Shown here: positions 46,544-57,327 of the stretch, one piece after another | Numbering within the stretch: the stretch's first letter is position 1 | Layout: every line of letters begins with the position of its first letter | Origin: Verrucomicrobiales bacterium | GTDB taxonomy: Bacteria; Verrucomicrobiota; Verrucomicrobiia; Verrucomicrobiales; V1-33 | Length of the DNA stretch: 64,000 nt | Assembly (NCBI GenBank): GCA_050998515.1 | Contig: JBPCQC010000079.1 | Span: forward strand, 6,177 to 70,176 | Reading direction: 5' to 3' | Program-made: the position numbers and the translations under genes | The notes under the pieces: generated by a model | The model's input: only the letters and a program-made list of their open reading frames with translations | What the model was told of the DNA's origin: nothing | The model's database searches: none

Positions 46544-47581
46544 ATGTCGTTACCGCGGAAATTTACGAATGTGCGGCAGTTGGGGCCTGGAAAAAACGCT
46601 AAAGTCTTTTCCGCGACGAACAGTTATCTTCAACGAGAGGTCTTTCTAAAAGTTTACCCAATTCCGGCGAGTGATTCATTGTCAGCCCTTAAAGAACCCC
46701 AACTCCTACAGGAGCTTGAGCATCCGAACCTCACGAAAATCTACAGCGCTGACCCTTCCACCGACGATCAAATCCTTTTGGAGATCGAACTGATTGATGG
46801 AGGATCGTTCAAAGACATCATAGACGAAGCCGTCAAAACTGCCACGTGGCCTGCCGTTCACTACTGTCTCGACCTGATTCAAGACGCCGCTGCTGGGTTG
46901 AGCCACCTCCACGCTCACGGTTATGTGCATCGTGATATAAAGCCCGCCAATCTTGTCGTGAAACGCTCACGGGGCCGGCCTCACGGCCTCGTAACCGATC
47001 TTGGCTTTGCAAGCAAACTGAACGATTCCGGGCGAGCATTCGCCAGCCAACACTCGAGGTTGTATCGACCTCCGGAGGTTTGGTCGGGTGCCGGGTATTC
47101 AGTGGCCAGTGACGTGTATCAGCTCGGATTGGTGTTGTTTCAACTTCTCGGCGGCAGCCTAGACCATTCGCTAGCCAACCTGTCAGATAGTGACCTTTTT
47201 ACACGAGTGGCGGCATCGAAATTGGTGGTGGTGGACTCAGTCGGCGCGCACGTTAGCGATTCGTTGCTGCGAGTCATACGGGCATGCATCTGTGGTGAGA
47301 ATCAACGAATCAGCTCGATTAGTGACCTCGTGGTGGGGTTAAACAATGTAAAAGCAAAGCATCCCAATTGGCGCCTCACTTGGGGACCCCATGGATTCCG
47401 CCTTGACCGAAAAGATGCGTCCGGCATGAAGATCAAAGTGGAAGTCAAATCCGCCGGGCATACGCATACCGTGCAGCGCAGCAAAGGCCGGGGCAACTTT
47501 CGGGCGATCGGTGATGCAGGTCAGTTCACGCATCGCAACTTGGGACGCTGCCGCAAATTCCGTCAGTTTATTGAGTTGTAA
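46544..47581 (+). CDS. Hanks-type Ser/Thr protein kinase
   Basis: ATG 46544. Gly-rich loop LGPGKNAKVF, Lys in VFLKVY, catalytic loop HRDIKPANLVV, DLGFA (DFG variant), YRPPEVW (APE-like). About 50% GC. Confidence 0.75.
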   Translation: MSLPRKFTNVRQLGPGKNAKVFSATNSYLQREVFLKVYPIPASDSLSALKEPQLLQELEHPNLTKIYSADPSTDDQILLEIELIDGGSFKDIIDEAVKTATWPAVHYCLDLIQDAAAGLSHLHAHGYVHRDIKPANLVVKRSRGRPHGLVTDLGFASKLNDSGRAFASQHSRLYRPPEVWSGAGYSVASDVYQLGLVLFQLLGGSLDHSLANLSDSDLFTRVAASKLVVVDSVGAHVSDSLLRVIRACICGENQRISSISDLVVGLNNVKAKHPNWRLTWGPHGFRLDRKDASGMKIKVEVKSAGHTHTVQRSKGRGNFRAIGDAGQFTHRNLGRCRKFRQFIEL

Positions 47582-47616
47582 TCCTTTGGCTTGTGCTGCG
47601 GACGGTCGAGGAGAAG

Positions 47617-47849
47617 TCACTGGAGCGGAGTAGCAGCGAGCCGCGCCTTCAAAAAGCGAATCCGGCTTCGCTGAAGCATGACGATTGCAATCAAAGCCAG
47701 CGTAAGCAGGGGCCAGATAATGCAGAATATCCAGATGTTGATCGCTTCGTAAGAGATTCCCAGCAGCCGGGCACCATCGAATAGGATTTCCACGCACCAT
47801 GTAAAGATGGCCTGGGTCAGCGGCGCCGGTTGTATAAGGTCGTGCTCGA

Positions 47850-47853
<4 letters not shown>
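47617..47853 (-). CDS. Possible small two-TM membrane protein, GTG start overlapping the moxR stop (GTGA)
   Basis: 78 codons, hydrophobic (IFTWCVEILF...; IWIFCIIWPLLTLALIAIVML). No ATG start, atypical codons for this genome and ~52% GC, so this may be non-coding. Confidence 0.25.
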
Positions 47854-48839
<986 letters not shown>

Positions 48840-48916
48840 GGGGCGGGAACCTAGGAGAGGATTGCTAAAAAGCAAAAGCGTTGAGCCAAAGCAATCCGCG
48901 GCGTAGAGTGAGGGGC

Positions 48917-49594
48917 ATGAAACTCGCTCTGCCAGGCTGTTTTTTCCTCCTGACCCTCTCCCTTCCGGCGGGATTGGTTTTTGAATCAGCTCATATCAAG
49001 TCAGCGGCGCGGCCGGCGGAAGCGCAGCACGAGGTGAGAATTCCCTTCACGGCTCAGGGGTCGCAATCGATAAGCATTCAGCGCATTGACTCGACCTGCG
49101 GCTGTCTCAGCGCTAAAGCGAACAAGGAAACTTTCGCTGCTGGCGACAAAGGTTATATCACCGCGATTTTCAAGCTGGGGGGTTTCGAAGGGGAAGTGAC
49201 CAAGAGCCTTTATGTCATTACCGATGATCCCGAGCATCCCAAAAAGCATCTCACCGTCAGCATCATGGTGCCGAAGCTTTTCGAAATCACTCCCGAGGTG
49301 ACCTCATGGACGTTGGGTGAAGAGCCGGCCGCCAAAACGGTGTCCTTCAAAGTGCTTCAGGAGAAGCCAGTTGAAATCACCGGGGTTACTTCCACGCGCG
49401 ACAACTTCAAAGCGGAATGGAAGGAAGTCGAGAAAGGCCGGCTGTATGAAATCACGCTGACGCCGACGAGCACGGCTCAGCCGGTTCTCGGCGCCTTGCG
49501 GATCGAAACCACCAGCGAACTGCCCCGATATCGACATCGCATGTGTTTTTTTAATGTCTTGCGCCCGCAGCCGGCACGAACGGCGATTCGATGA
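48917..49594 (+). CDS. DUF1573 domain protein, secreted
   Basis: ATG 48917 (MKLALPGCFFLLTLSLPAG). DUF1573 hallmark (IDSTCGCLSAKANKETF). Confidence 0.8.
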   Translation: MKLALPGCFFLLTLSLPAGLVFESAHIKSAARPAEAQHEVRIPFTAQGSQSISIQRIDSTCGCLSAKANKETFAAGDKGYITAIFKLGGFEGEVTKSLYVITDDPEHPKKHLTVSIMVPKLFEITPEVTSWTLGEEPAAKTVSFKVLQEKPVEITGVTSTRDNFKAEWKEVEKGRLYEITLTPTSTAQPVLGALRIETTSELPRYRHRMCFFNVLRPQPARTAIR

Positions 49595-50028
49595 AACGCG
49601 CTTTCGCGCAGGCAGCCCTCCTGCTCGTGCTCAGCGCGGCGGCGGCTGTGCTTACTTACATCTTTCATCCTCGCGCACCCGCACTCTACTTGTATCAAGA
49701 GCCGCTGGGCCCCGACGAAATCAACTTCCCTCTGGCGCATCAGCTAGAGCAACAGGGCGGTGTCTTGTGGATCGACGCCCGGGCGCGTTCGGAGTTTGAA
49801 AAACATCACATCCCCGGCGCCTATCTCCTTAACGAGGAGGAGTGGGACCAACTCGCTTTCGAAATAGTTGATGTCCTCAGTTCGAACAACAAACCGATCG
49901 TCATTTATTGCGATGCCCAAAGATGCGAGCAATCGAACCGCATCGCGGAAAAACTGCGGGACCTGGGCAACCAGGATGTTCGTGTCCTGAAAGGCGGCTG
50001 GCAGGCCTGGAAAAATGCCCCCAAGTGA
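49591..50028 (+). CDS. Rhodanese-domain protein (membrane/periplasm-anchored)
   Basis: ATGA overlap with the upstream gene. N-terminal TM. Rhodanese fold (WIDARARSEFEKHHIPGA...PIVIYCDAQRC). Confidence 0.8.
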   Translation: MKRAFAQAALLLVLSAAAAVLTYIFHPRAPALYLYQEPLGPDEINFPLAHQLEQQGGVLWIDARARSEFEKHHIPGAYLLNEEEWDQLAFEIVDVLSSNNKPIVIYCDAQRCEQSNRIAEKLRDLGNQDVRVLKGGWQAWKNAPK

Positions 50029-50088
50029 GCCGCTCGAACAACAGCTGAGGCTTGTATTCCCTCTGGCTCCTCCCTAATTTACCTGCCA

Positions 50089-53000
50089 ATGAAAAGAACC
50101 CTGCGCGTTCGATGCTGCGCTGGCTGGCAGGTTAGGACCGTATTTGCGACGGCCCTGATTGGTCAGGTTAGTCTCGTCGATGCCGCGGAACCGGCCAACC
50201 GTAAATCGATATCCGGCCTAACCTCTGAGGCCCAGCTCTTCGAAGAACTGCCGCCTGCCAGGACCGGAGTTGTGTTCGAGCATCGTATCGTTACCGAGCA
50301 CCTTCTGGCCTATCTCTATGATTCGGGCTACGCTTGCGGCGGAGTTTGCCTGGGCGACGTCAACGGTGACGCCAAACCCGACATTTTTATCGTCAGTGGT
50401 CCCGATGACAATGCCCTGTTTTTTAATCGGGGCGGTTTCTTATTTGAGAAAGCGCCTGCCAGCACTGTCCTGGCCGACCATGGAGCTTGGGGCGTGAGTG
50501 CTGCCATGGCCGACGTGGATGGCGATGCCGACCTCGACATCTTTGTCACCAACTACGAAGCCTCGAACCGGCTTTGGCTTAATGACGGAACTGGTTCGTT
50601 TGCCGATGTTAGTGTCAAAGCCGGCATCGACTTTTCCGGGGCGAGCCATACGCCTTATTTCGGTGATTTTGATGGCGATGGCGACCTCGACCTTTTCGTG
50701 CTGACCAATCGGCTTTTTTCTCCCTTTGGCCGGCCTGATGGTCCCGCCTCCGAGCTGGGTCCTGATGGCAAACCGCGCGTGAAGGATCAGTTCGCGGCAT
50801 ACCTCCGGGTCGTCCGACCGGAAACGGAAGTTCCCGGTCCCGCAGGCGGGCCTCCGACGCCAGAGCCGTTTTTACTTGAATACGGTCATGAGGACCGGCT
50901 TTACCGCAACGACGGCGCAGGTTCGGACGGCGCGCCGGTTTTCAAAGACGTGACCAGGGGAAGCGGAATCGACGGCATTCCGGGCCACGGTCTCTCCGCT
51001 TTGGTATGGGACATCAACGGCGATGGCCGTCAGGATATCTATGTGGCAAATGACTACACCGAAGTCGATCGAGTGTGGCTTAATATTCCGGCGGAAGAGG
51101 GCGGCTTCAAATTCCGTGACGCCGCTGACGAAATGCTTCCCTACACCACCTGGTCGTCCATGGGCAGCGACGTCGCAGACGTCAACGGTGACGGCCGCCT
51201 CGATTTCATGGTCGCGGACATGGCCGGCACCACCCATTTCAAGGCCAAGACAACCATGGGCGAAATGAGCGGCTGGAGACGATGGGTGCTTGAGAATGGC
51301 TGGCCAAGACAAGCCATGCGCAACATGCTTTTCATTGACTCAGGGGTCGGGCGCTTCGAAGAGGTCGCCTTCATGGCCGGCGTCGCCCGCTCTGACTGGA
51401 CTTGGGCGGTGAAATTCGGCGACTTCGATCTCGATACCCGGCCGGACATTTTCATCACCAACGGCGCCGCTCGCGTCTTTTCGGATTCGGATATCCTGGT
51501 TGATCCGGCCAAGCTCGTCGGCCGCACCGAGTGGGACTTCTTCAAGGACAAACCGGAAATGCGCGAGAAAAAGCTCGCGTTTCGCAACGACGGCGGGCTG
51601 CGCTTTACCAATGTCGCGCGAGATTGGAATCTCGATCGCGAAACGATGAGTTACGGCGCCGCGACCGGCGACCTCGATGGGGATGGAGATCTCGACATCG
51701 TCGTGTGCAATCTTAAAGAAAATGTTTCGCTCTATCGCAACCAAGCATCCGCTTCAGGATCTCACTGGTTCAACGTGCGGCTGGAAGGTCAAAAAAACCG
51801 CAATGGGTGGGGCAGCCTGGTAACGATCCGACTGAACGATGGTGCACCACTGGTGCGCCTGATGAACCCGCAAACTGGATTTCAGTCCGGCAACGACCCG
51901 GTTTTGCATTTTGGCCTGGGGAAGCATCAACGCGTTGCCAGTGTGGAAGTGCGTTGGCCCAGCGGGCTTGTCCAAACGTTGGGCGCCCAAGCCGCGGACC
52001 GTCTGCTGGTCGTGCGAGAGGCCGAACTCGCGAAGCCGGCTTCCGCTCCCGTCCCAACCGAAGAAAAACCAGCGCCGAAATTTACTGAAGTAGCGGCCCG
52101 GATCGGGCTCGCTTTCCAGCATCGTGAAAAGTGGTTTGATGATTACAAGCGGGAATTCCTGCTGCCTGCCAGGCTGTCCCAGCTCGGCCCCCCCGTGGCG
52201 GTGGCGGATGTGAACGGCGATAGCTTGGACGACATTTTTGTCGGCGGCGCGTCGGGTCAGGCAGGCGTCCTTTTTTTGCACCAGCCCAATCATACTTTCA
52301 AGCCACTGGATGACGGGCCCTGGAATGCCGACTCGGCCAGTGAAGACATGGGTGCGCTGTTCTTTGACGCCGATCGTGATGGCGATCTCGACCTCTTCGT
52401 CGCCAGTGGCAGCAACGAGTGGGATCACGGCGACGCTCACTATGCCCCTCGTCTTTACCTCAACGCCGGCAACTCCCGCGAACCGGTTACCTTCGTGAAA
52501 GCTGCCGCCGGCACCCTGCCAGACTGGCGCGAATCTTCCTCTTGCGTCGTTGGCGGCGATTACGATCGAGACGGCGATGTCGATCTCTTCGTGGGAGCGC
52601 GTTCGATTCCGGGCCACTATCCTTTAACGCCGAAATCAATGCTCCTTCGCAATGACGGGATCGCAGTCGGCGAGCCAAAATTTTCTGAGGCCACCAGCGC
52701 AGTGCCAGGACTCGCTCAAGCGGGCCTCGTCACCAGCGCGCTGTGGTCAGATGTGGATGGCGATGGCTGGATCGACTTGCTCGTGGCTTCTGAGTGGGGA
52801 CCGGTGCGACTTTTCTCGAACCGGGCTGGAAATTTATTTGAAGTCACTGAAGAAACCGGTCTCGAACAGCGCCAGGGATGGTGGAATTCAATTACCGGGG
52901 GCGATTTCGATGGGGATGGAGATACCGATTACGCTGCCCTTAATGTCGGCTTGAATACGAAGTACGGACATCCCTCCGCGCAGAAGCCCGTCCTGCTCTA

Positions 53001-53889
53001 CCGCGGAGACATGGACGACAATGGCGTGGCCGACCTCATTGAAGCCAAAGCCGGCATCGAGGGTGAATTGCCTGTGCGCGGGCGCTCATGCAGCAGCACC
53101 GCCATGCCCTTCATCAAAAACAAATTCGGGACCTATAAAGCCTTCGCGTCCGCAAACCTGGCGGGGATTTACAGTGCACAACGGCTGGGTGACGCCGCCA
53201 GGGTCAGCGCCACCGAATTCGAAAGCGGGATTCTGTTCAATCAATCGAAACCCGGTCAGCCTTGCTTTTCATGGAAGCCACTGCCAGATGCGGTGCAGCT
53301 CTCCCCTGGATATGGCGCCGTCGCAGCGGATCTTTTTGGCGACGGCCGGCCGGCACTAGCCGTGGCACAGAATTCTTACACCCGGGAGCCGGAAACCGGT
53401 CTGTGGCGCGGCGGTCTGGGCTGTCTGTTGCGCTCAATGGCGCCCAACGCTCCCTTGGCCGCAGTTGAACACAGCCTTGGCGGTTTTATGGTTGCCGGTG
53501 ATGGAAAGGGGCTCGCCTTGGCCGACCTCAATGGCGACGGCTGGGCTGACCTGGTCGCCACCCAGAACAATGACCAGATCCTTGCTTTTAGGGCGCTTGC
53601 CCCTCCGGATCGCAGACCTTTGCAAGTCCGCCTTGCCGGTGGCCCCGGAAACCCGCAGGCGATTGGCGCACGCATCGAATTGCGCGATGGATCCAAAATT
53701 CTCGCGACGGCTGAGCTTTACGGAGGTTCCGGATATCTTTCACAGTCCTCTGCCGCCGCTTTTTTCACCTGCCCGCCAAAGAAGAATAATCTTAAGCTCG
53801 CCATCCGCTGGCCCTCCGGCGACTCCACCACGGCCCAAGTCGATCCCGCGAGCTCCGACGTTATCGTGCTGCATCCCGCAAAACGCTGA
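50089..53889 (+). CDS. CRTAC1-family protein: tandem FG-GAP/VCBS beta-propeller repeats, each followed by an ASPIC/UnbV domain
   Basis: Repeated DxDGDGxxD FG-GAP signatures (DVNGDAKPDIF, DVDGDADLDIF, DFDGDGDLDLF ...). Two ASPIC/UnbV blocks (GSLVTIRLNDGAPLVRLMNPQTGFQSGNDPVLHFGLG; ARIELRDGSKILATAELYGGSGYLSQSS). Confidence 0.9.
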   Translation: MKRTLRVRCCAGWQVRTVFATALIGQVSLVDAAEPANRKSISGLTSEAQLFEELPPARTGVVFEHRIVTEHLLAYLYDSGYACGGVCLGDVNGDAKPDIFIVSGPDDNALFFNRGGFLFEKAPASTVLADHGAWGVSAAMADVDGDADLDIFVTNYEASNRLWLNDGTGSFADVSVKAGIDFSGASHTPYFGDFDGDGDLDLFVLTNRLFSPFGRPDGPASELGPDGKPRVKDQFAAYLRVVRPETEVPGPAGGPPTPEPFLLEYGHEDRLYRNDGAGSDGAPVFKDVTRGSGIDGIPGHGLSALVWDINGDGRQDIYVANDYTEVDRVWLNIPAEEGGFKFRDAADEMLPYTTWSSMGSDVADVNGDGRLDFMVADMAGTTHFKAKTTMGEMSGWRRWVLENGWPRQAMRNMLFIDSGVGRFEEVAFMAGVARSDWTWAVKFGDFDLDTRPDIFITNGAARVFSDSDILVDPAKLVGRTEWDFFKDKPEMREKKLAFRNDGGLRFTNVARDWNLDRETMSYGAATGDLDGDGDLDIVVCNLKENVSLYRNQASASGSHWFNVRLEGQKNRNGWGSLVTIRLNDGAPLVRLMNPQTGFQSGNDPVLHFGLGKHQRVASVEVRWPSGLVQTLGAQAADRLLVVREAELAKPASAPVPTEEKPAPKFTEVAARIGLAFQHREKWFDDYKREFLLPARLSQLGPPVAVADVNGDSLDDIFVGGASGQAGVLFLHQPNHTFKPLDDGPWNADSASEDMGALFFDADRDGDLDLFVASGSNEWDHGDAHYAPRLYLNAGNSREPVTFVKAAAGTLPDWRESSSCVVGGDYDRDGDVDLFVGARSIPGHYPLTPKSMLLRNDGIAVGEPKFSEATSAVPGLAQAGLVTSALWSDVDGDGWIDLLVASEWGPVRLFSNRAGNLFEVTEETGLEQRQGWWNSITGGDFDGDGDTDYAALNVGLNTKYGHPSAQKPVLLYRGDMDDNGVADLIEAKAGIEGELPVRGRSCSSTAMPFIKNKFGTYKAFASANLAGIYSAQRLGDAARVSATEFESGILFNQSKPGQPCFSWKPLPDAVQLSPGYGAVAADLFGDGRPALAVAQNSYTREPETGLWRGGLGCLLRSMAPNAPLAAVEHSLGGFMVAGDGKGLALADLNGDGWADLVATQNNDQILAFRALAPPDRRPLQVRLAGGPGNPQAIGARIELRDGSKILATAELYGGSGYLSQSSAAAFFTCPPKKNNLKLAIRWPSGDSTTAQVDPASSDVIVLHPAKR

Positions 53890-53940
53890 GATCGCGGGAA
53901 CGGAGGCGGCGGCTCCCGCTAAAAAAAAGTGCGTTTTTTC
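53890..53940 (+). terminator. Candidate rho-independent terminator after the CRTAC1 gene
   Basis: GCGGGA-N14-TCCCGC stem followed by A8 then GCGTTTTTTCCC. Confidence 0.4.
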
Positions 53941-53949
53941 CCAAATTGG

Positions 53950-53979
53950 TTGACAGCTCCCCAAACCTGTTGCTAGTCT
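53950..53979 (+). promoter_or_regulatory. Candidate sigma70-type promoter for the PEP-CTERM gene (TTGACA-18-TAGTCT)
   Basis: Perfect -35 TTGACA at 53950-53955; -10-like TAGTCT at 53974-53979; 22 nt upstream of ATG 54002. Confidence 0.35.
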
Positions 53980-54001
53980 CGCCCAAAGTCGAAAAATATT
54001 A

Positions 54002-54862
54002 GTGTTCCTTTCTATGAAAAACCCATCTCTCCTCATGCTGGCTGTCGGCGCCACGAGCTTTAGCTCCCTGCAGGCGGTCACCTTCTCGACCTTCAGCGGC
54101 GTAGGTGACACGCCGGTCACACTGCAGACGTTCGGCTCCCCGCCCGGGCCTTCCATTGATCCCAACGGAGGAGCTACAGGTGTAGGGGACGCCGGCCTCG
54201 TGGTTACCCCGGCGGTCAATGGCCAGAACAATTATGCGGTATTTGACGGCACTGACACTGGCACTTTCACATCATCCAGTTTTAACTTCCAGTTCAAGGT
54301 TGGCCTGGGAACGACCCCGGGCACTGCCGACGGAGTCTCATTTGCTTATTTGCCGACCGCAACCTATGGCACCACTGGCAGTCTGGTTGGTCCCGTCTTT
54401 GGCGCCGCGGAGGACCCGGCCGCCCTTGGCGTGCTCGGGATCGGCTTGGATACCTGGAGCAATCAAGGTGCGTTTGATGATCCAGCGCAGCCCACCGGTT
54501 CAAACTACAGCGAGGTGAGTCTTTTCTACGACAACGTCCTCATCAGCCGGGTCAACGACACACGGCTTCTTGTGGGCGGTTTCGCGATTGATAATGGCGA
54601 TTGGCATACCGCCAGCGGCGTAGTCGATTACCTCAACGACACCGTCACCATGGACATCGATGGGGTGGTCATGTTTGCCGCAGTGCCGGTGCCAGGCCTG
54701 GCTTCAGTTGAAAGCCGGATTGCCTTCGCGGGCCGCACCGGCGGTGAAAACGAGGTCTTCAACGTTGACAATGTAGCCGTGCGATGGATCCCCGAACCCG
54801 GCTCGGCCGTGCTCGGTCTTCTTGGTCTTGGATTGATCCTGCGCCGCCGAAGCGTTCGCTAA
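54002..54862 (+). CDS. PEP-CTERM sorting-domain protein
   Basis: Signal peptide MKNPSLLMLAVGATSFSSLQA. Canonical C-terminus VRWIPEPGSAVLGLLGLGLILRRRSVR. Confidence 0.8.
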   Translation: MFLSMKNPSLLMLAVGATSFSSLQAVTFSTFSGVGDTPVTLQTFGSPPGPSIDPNGGATGVGDAGLVVTPAVNGQNNYAVFDGTDTGTFTSSSFNFQFKVGLGTTPGTADGVSFAYLPTATYGTTGSLVGPVFGAAEDPAALGVLGIGLDTWSNQGAFDDPAQPTGSNYSEVSLFYDNVLISRVNDTRLLVGGFAIDNGDWHTASGVVDYLNDTVTMDIDGVVMFAAVPVPGLASVESRIAFAGRTGGENEVFNVDNVAVRWIPEPGSAVLGLLGLGLILRRRSVR

Positions 54863-54893
54863 GCAGCAATCGGAAGCGCACTAAAACCTTTGA

Positions 54894-54929
54894 GGCGGAT
54901 CAGCCATCGCTGATCCGCCTTTTTATTTG
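54894..54929 (+). terminator. Rho-independent terminator (10-bp stem GGCGGATCAG/CTGATCCGCC, loop CCATCG, then TTTTTATTTG)
   Basis: Perfect GC-rich hairpin plus U-tract 32 nt after the PEP-CTERM stop, between convergent genes. Confidence 0.7.
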
Positions 54930-54970
54930 TGACCGTCGTCTGTGTTTGCCCGCTTGCGCATCGGGGTTTG

Positions 54971-55693
54971 TCAGGCCCGCGCGGCTTCACCATATCTACT
55001 GGCCACCACTGCCCAATTGATCACGTTGGAGATGGCCTTCAGATAGTCCGGGCGCCGGTTTTGATATTTTAGATAGTAGGCGTGTTCCCAAACGTCGATG
55101 GCTAACAATGGGGTAAGATTACCGGCCAGTGGAGTGTCCTGGTTGGGCGTCGTCGCGATGGCGACTTTCTTTTCGGATGGTTGAAAAACGAGCCACACCC
55201 AGCCGCTCCCAAAGAACTTCGCGCCGGCATCCTGCAGCTTGGTTAGGAGTTCGTCTTTCGTGCCGAATGTTGATTCGATGCTCTTGAGCAGCTCACCCTT
55301 GGGCTCGCCTCCCTTGGCTGATAGGTTTTCCCAAAACAGCGAATGGTTGTAATGGCCGCCTCCCTGGTTGCGGACGGCCGCGCGAACTTCCTCGGGAACA
55401 TTATCGAGATTCGAAAGCAGCGTCCGCAATTCCTCGTGCGTCCCTTTGAATTTCTGGTCCGTCTTCCCCACCGCCTCGTTTAGCTTCGCCACATAACTGG
55501 CGTGATGCTTGTCGTGATGGATGGACATGGTCTGTGCGTCGATGTGCGGCTCGAGCGCGTCCGGCGCGTAAGGCAGCGGAGGCAGCTTGAATGGCCCTGC
55601 TGGGGGTGGATCGGCGCCGCGGGTAGCGACGGGCAAGAGGGAGGCGGCGCCTGCGGCAAGCCCGGTCCCGATAAGAGCGCGACGAGTGATCAT
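54971..55693 (-). CDS. Fe/Mn-family superoxide dismutase with Tat signal peptide
   Basis: ATG 55693 (MITRRALIGTGLAAGAASLLPVATRGA). SOD metal ligands and motifs (HHDKHH, ...WEHAYYLKYQNRR). Confidence 0.9.
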   Translation of the reverse strand: MITRRALIGTGLAAGAASLLPVATRGADPPPAGPFKLPPLPYAPDALEPHIDAQTMSIHHDKHHASYVAKLNEAVGKTDQKFKGTHEELRTLLSNLDNVPEEVRAAVRNQGGGHYNHSLFWENLSAKGGEPKGELLKSIESTFGTKDELLTKLQDAGAKFFGSGWVWLVFQPSEKKVAIATTPNQDTPLAGNLTPLLAIDVWEHAYYLKYQNRRPDYLKAISNVINWAVVASRYGEAARA

Positions 55694-55810
55694 GATTGAT
55701 GTACGGTTTAGGAGTTCGATTGAAACGGTGCATCGATCATTACGGCGGCCAGGCGATTTCGGCAACGCTGACCGTGAAGGGAATAAAATGGTATGGGTTC
55801 CGTCGGTGGT

Positions 55811-56000
55811 GAATCTGATGGATTGGGGAGCACACGCGCCATCGCGTGTCCGAATCGGCGCCCTCGCCGATTCGATTTCGAATTTTGGTCGGGGAGCACA
55901 CGCGCCACCGCGTGTCCGAATCGGCGCCCTCGCCGATTCGATTTCGAATTTTGGTCGGCGAGGGCGCCGACCACTGCACGCGAGGGCGCTCTCTCTCCCC
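55811..56000. repeat. REP-A palindromic intergenic element, copy 2 (core unit duplicated in tandem)
   Basis: Same left flank GAATCTGATGGATT and the same 70-nt core as 17983-18105, here repeated about 1.9 times. Ends ...CGAGGGCGCTCTCTCTCCCC. Confidence 0.7.
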
Positions 56001-56015
56001 GGAACCCACCCGCCC

Positions 56016-57173
56016 TCAGCACTTCAGCCCGGTCCATGCCGCATTCTTGCGGCTCGACTCGACAACCGCCTCGATAAACGCCATGCCACGGATCCCATCG
56101 TCAATCTTGGGATAATCGAGTTCGATCTCAGTGGGCTCGCGGTTCTCCAACCGGGCGCGGATGTGACCGGCGAAATTCTTGTAAATGTTGGCAAATGCTT
56201 CGAGGTAGCCTTCAGGGTGCGCGGGTGGGGTGCGCGAGGCGGCCGCGGCGTTTTTGCCCAGGTAGCCGTTGGCGGTACGATACAGTTGTATCGGCTGATC
56301 GAGCCATTTCACGAGCATCGTGTTGGGTTCCTTCTGGTGCCATTCGAGGCCGCCGGTTTCGCCATAGACGCGGATATTCAGGTTGTTTTCTTCGCCCACG
56401 GAAATCTGCGAACTGTGGAGAACTCCCTTGGCGCCGTTGTCGAAACGCAAGAGCACGTTTACGTCGTCATCAAGCTGCCGTCCTTCCACGAAGCTTGTGA
56501 TGTCCGCCGCGAGTTCCTTGATTTTCAACCCGGTGATATACTCGGCCAGATTCTCCGCATGCGTCCCGATATCTCCCACACAGCCTCCCGCCCCTGATCG
56601 CTTCGGATCGGTCCGCCAGCCGGCCTGTTTTTGCCCGCTCGCTTCGAGCGGGGTCGCCAGCCAGCCCTGTGGGTATTCGACCACGACTTTCCGGATCTTG
56701 CCAAGCTTGCCGGCGCGAATCATATCGCGCGCTTCTTTGACCAGCGGATAACCAGTGTAATTATGCGTGAGTCCGTAAAGCTGCCCCGTTTCTTTGACCA
56801 ACTCCCCAAGCTGCTTTGCTTCATCCATGCTAAAAGTCGCCGGCTTGTCGCTCAGCACATGAAAGCCGCTCTCGAGGGCCAGCTTTGCCGGCGGAAAATG
56901 CATGTGATTCGGTGTAACGATGGCCACAAAATCCATGCGCTTGTCATCGCCCAGCGCTTTTTCTTTTTGTATCATCTCCTCGAACGTCCCGTAGCAGCGA
57001 TCCGACGGAAGAAACAGGTCGGCTCCGGAAGCTTTCGATTTCTCCGGCTCAGAAGAAAACGCGCCACAAACGAGTTCAACCTGCTGGTCAATCGCGGCGG
57101 CAATTCGGTGCACCGCGCCAATAAAAGCGCCGCGCCCGCCGCCAACCATCCCATAACGAATTTTTCGGCTCAT
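56016..57173 (-). CDS. Gfo/Idh/MocA-family NAD(P)-dependent oxidoreductase
   Basis: Rossmann N-terminus (IRYGMVGGGRGAFIGAVH). Gfo/Idh/MocA C-terminal domain. Confidence 0.9.
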   Translation of the reverse strand: MSRKIRYGMVGGGRGAFIGAVHRIAAAIDQQVELVCGAFSSEPEKSKASGADLFLPSDRCYGTFEEMIQKEKALGDDKRMDFVAIVTPNHMHFPPAKLALESGFHVLSDKPATFSMDEAKQLGELVKETGQLYGLTHNYTGYPLVKEARDMIRAGKLGKIRKVVVEYPQGWLATPLEASGQKQAGWRTDPKRSGAGGCVGDIGTHAENLAEYITGLKIKELAADITSFVEGRQLDDDVNVLLRFDNGAKGVLHSSQISVGEENNLNIRVYGETGGLEWHQKEPNTMLVKWLDQPIQLYRTANGYLGKNAAAASRTPPAHPEGYLEAFANIYKNFAGHIRARLENREPTEIELDYPKIDDGIRGMAFIEAVVESSRKNAAWTGLKC

Positions 57174-57327
57174 GGTAAATCAGTGCTATTCGAGTCCGCG
57201 ACATTGACCAGACCGCGGCTCGCGGGCAAGAGGAAATTGGTTGCGTCGCGCGAAACACCTTCAGGGTGAATAAAGCAACGGGGCACGGGCGTCCCGCCCG
57301 TGGCGCTGAACGCAATCAGAAGACCCT

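Noticed and set aside
55587-56597. 336-aa plus-strand ORF, plus ORFs 17804..18118, 55708..56037 and 55846..56115 translating …WGAHAPSRVRIGA…
   Set aside because: These are read-through translations of the REP-A repeat copies and the antisense of the Gfo/Idh gene; the repeated peptide is a consequence of the DNA repeat.
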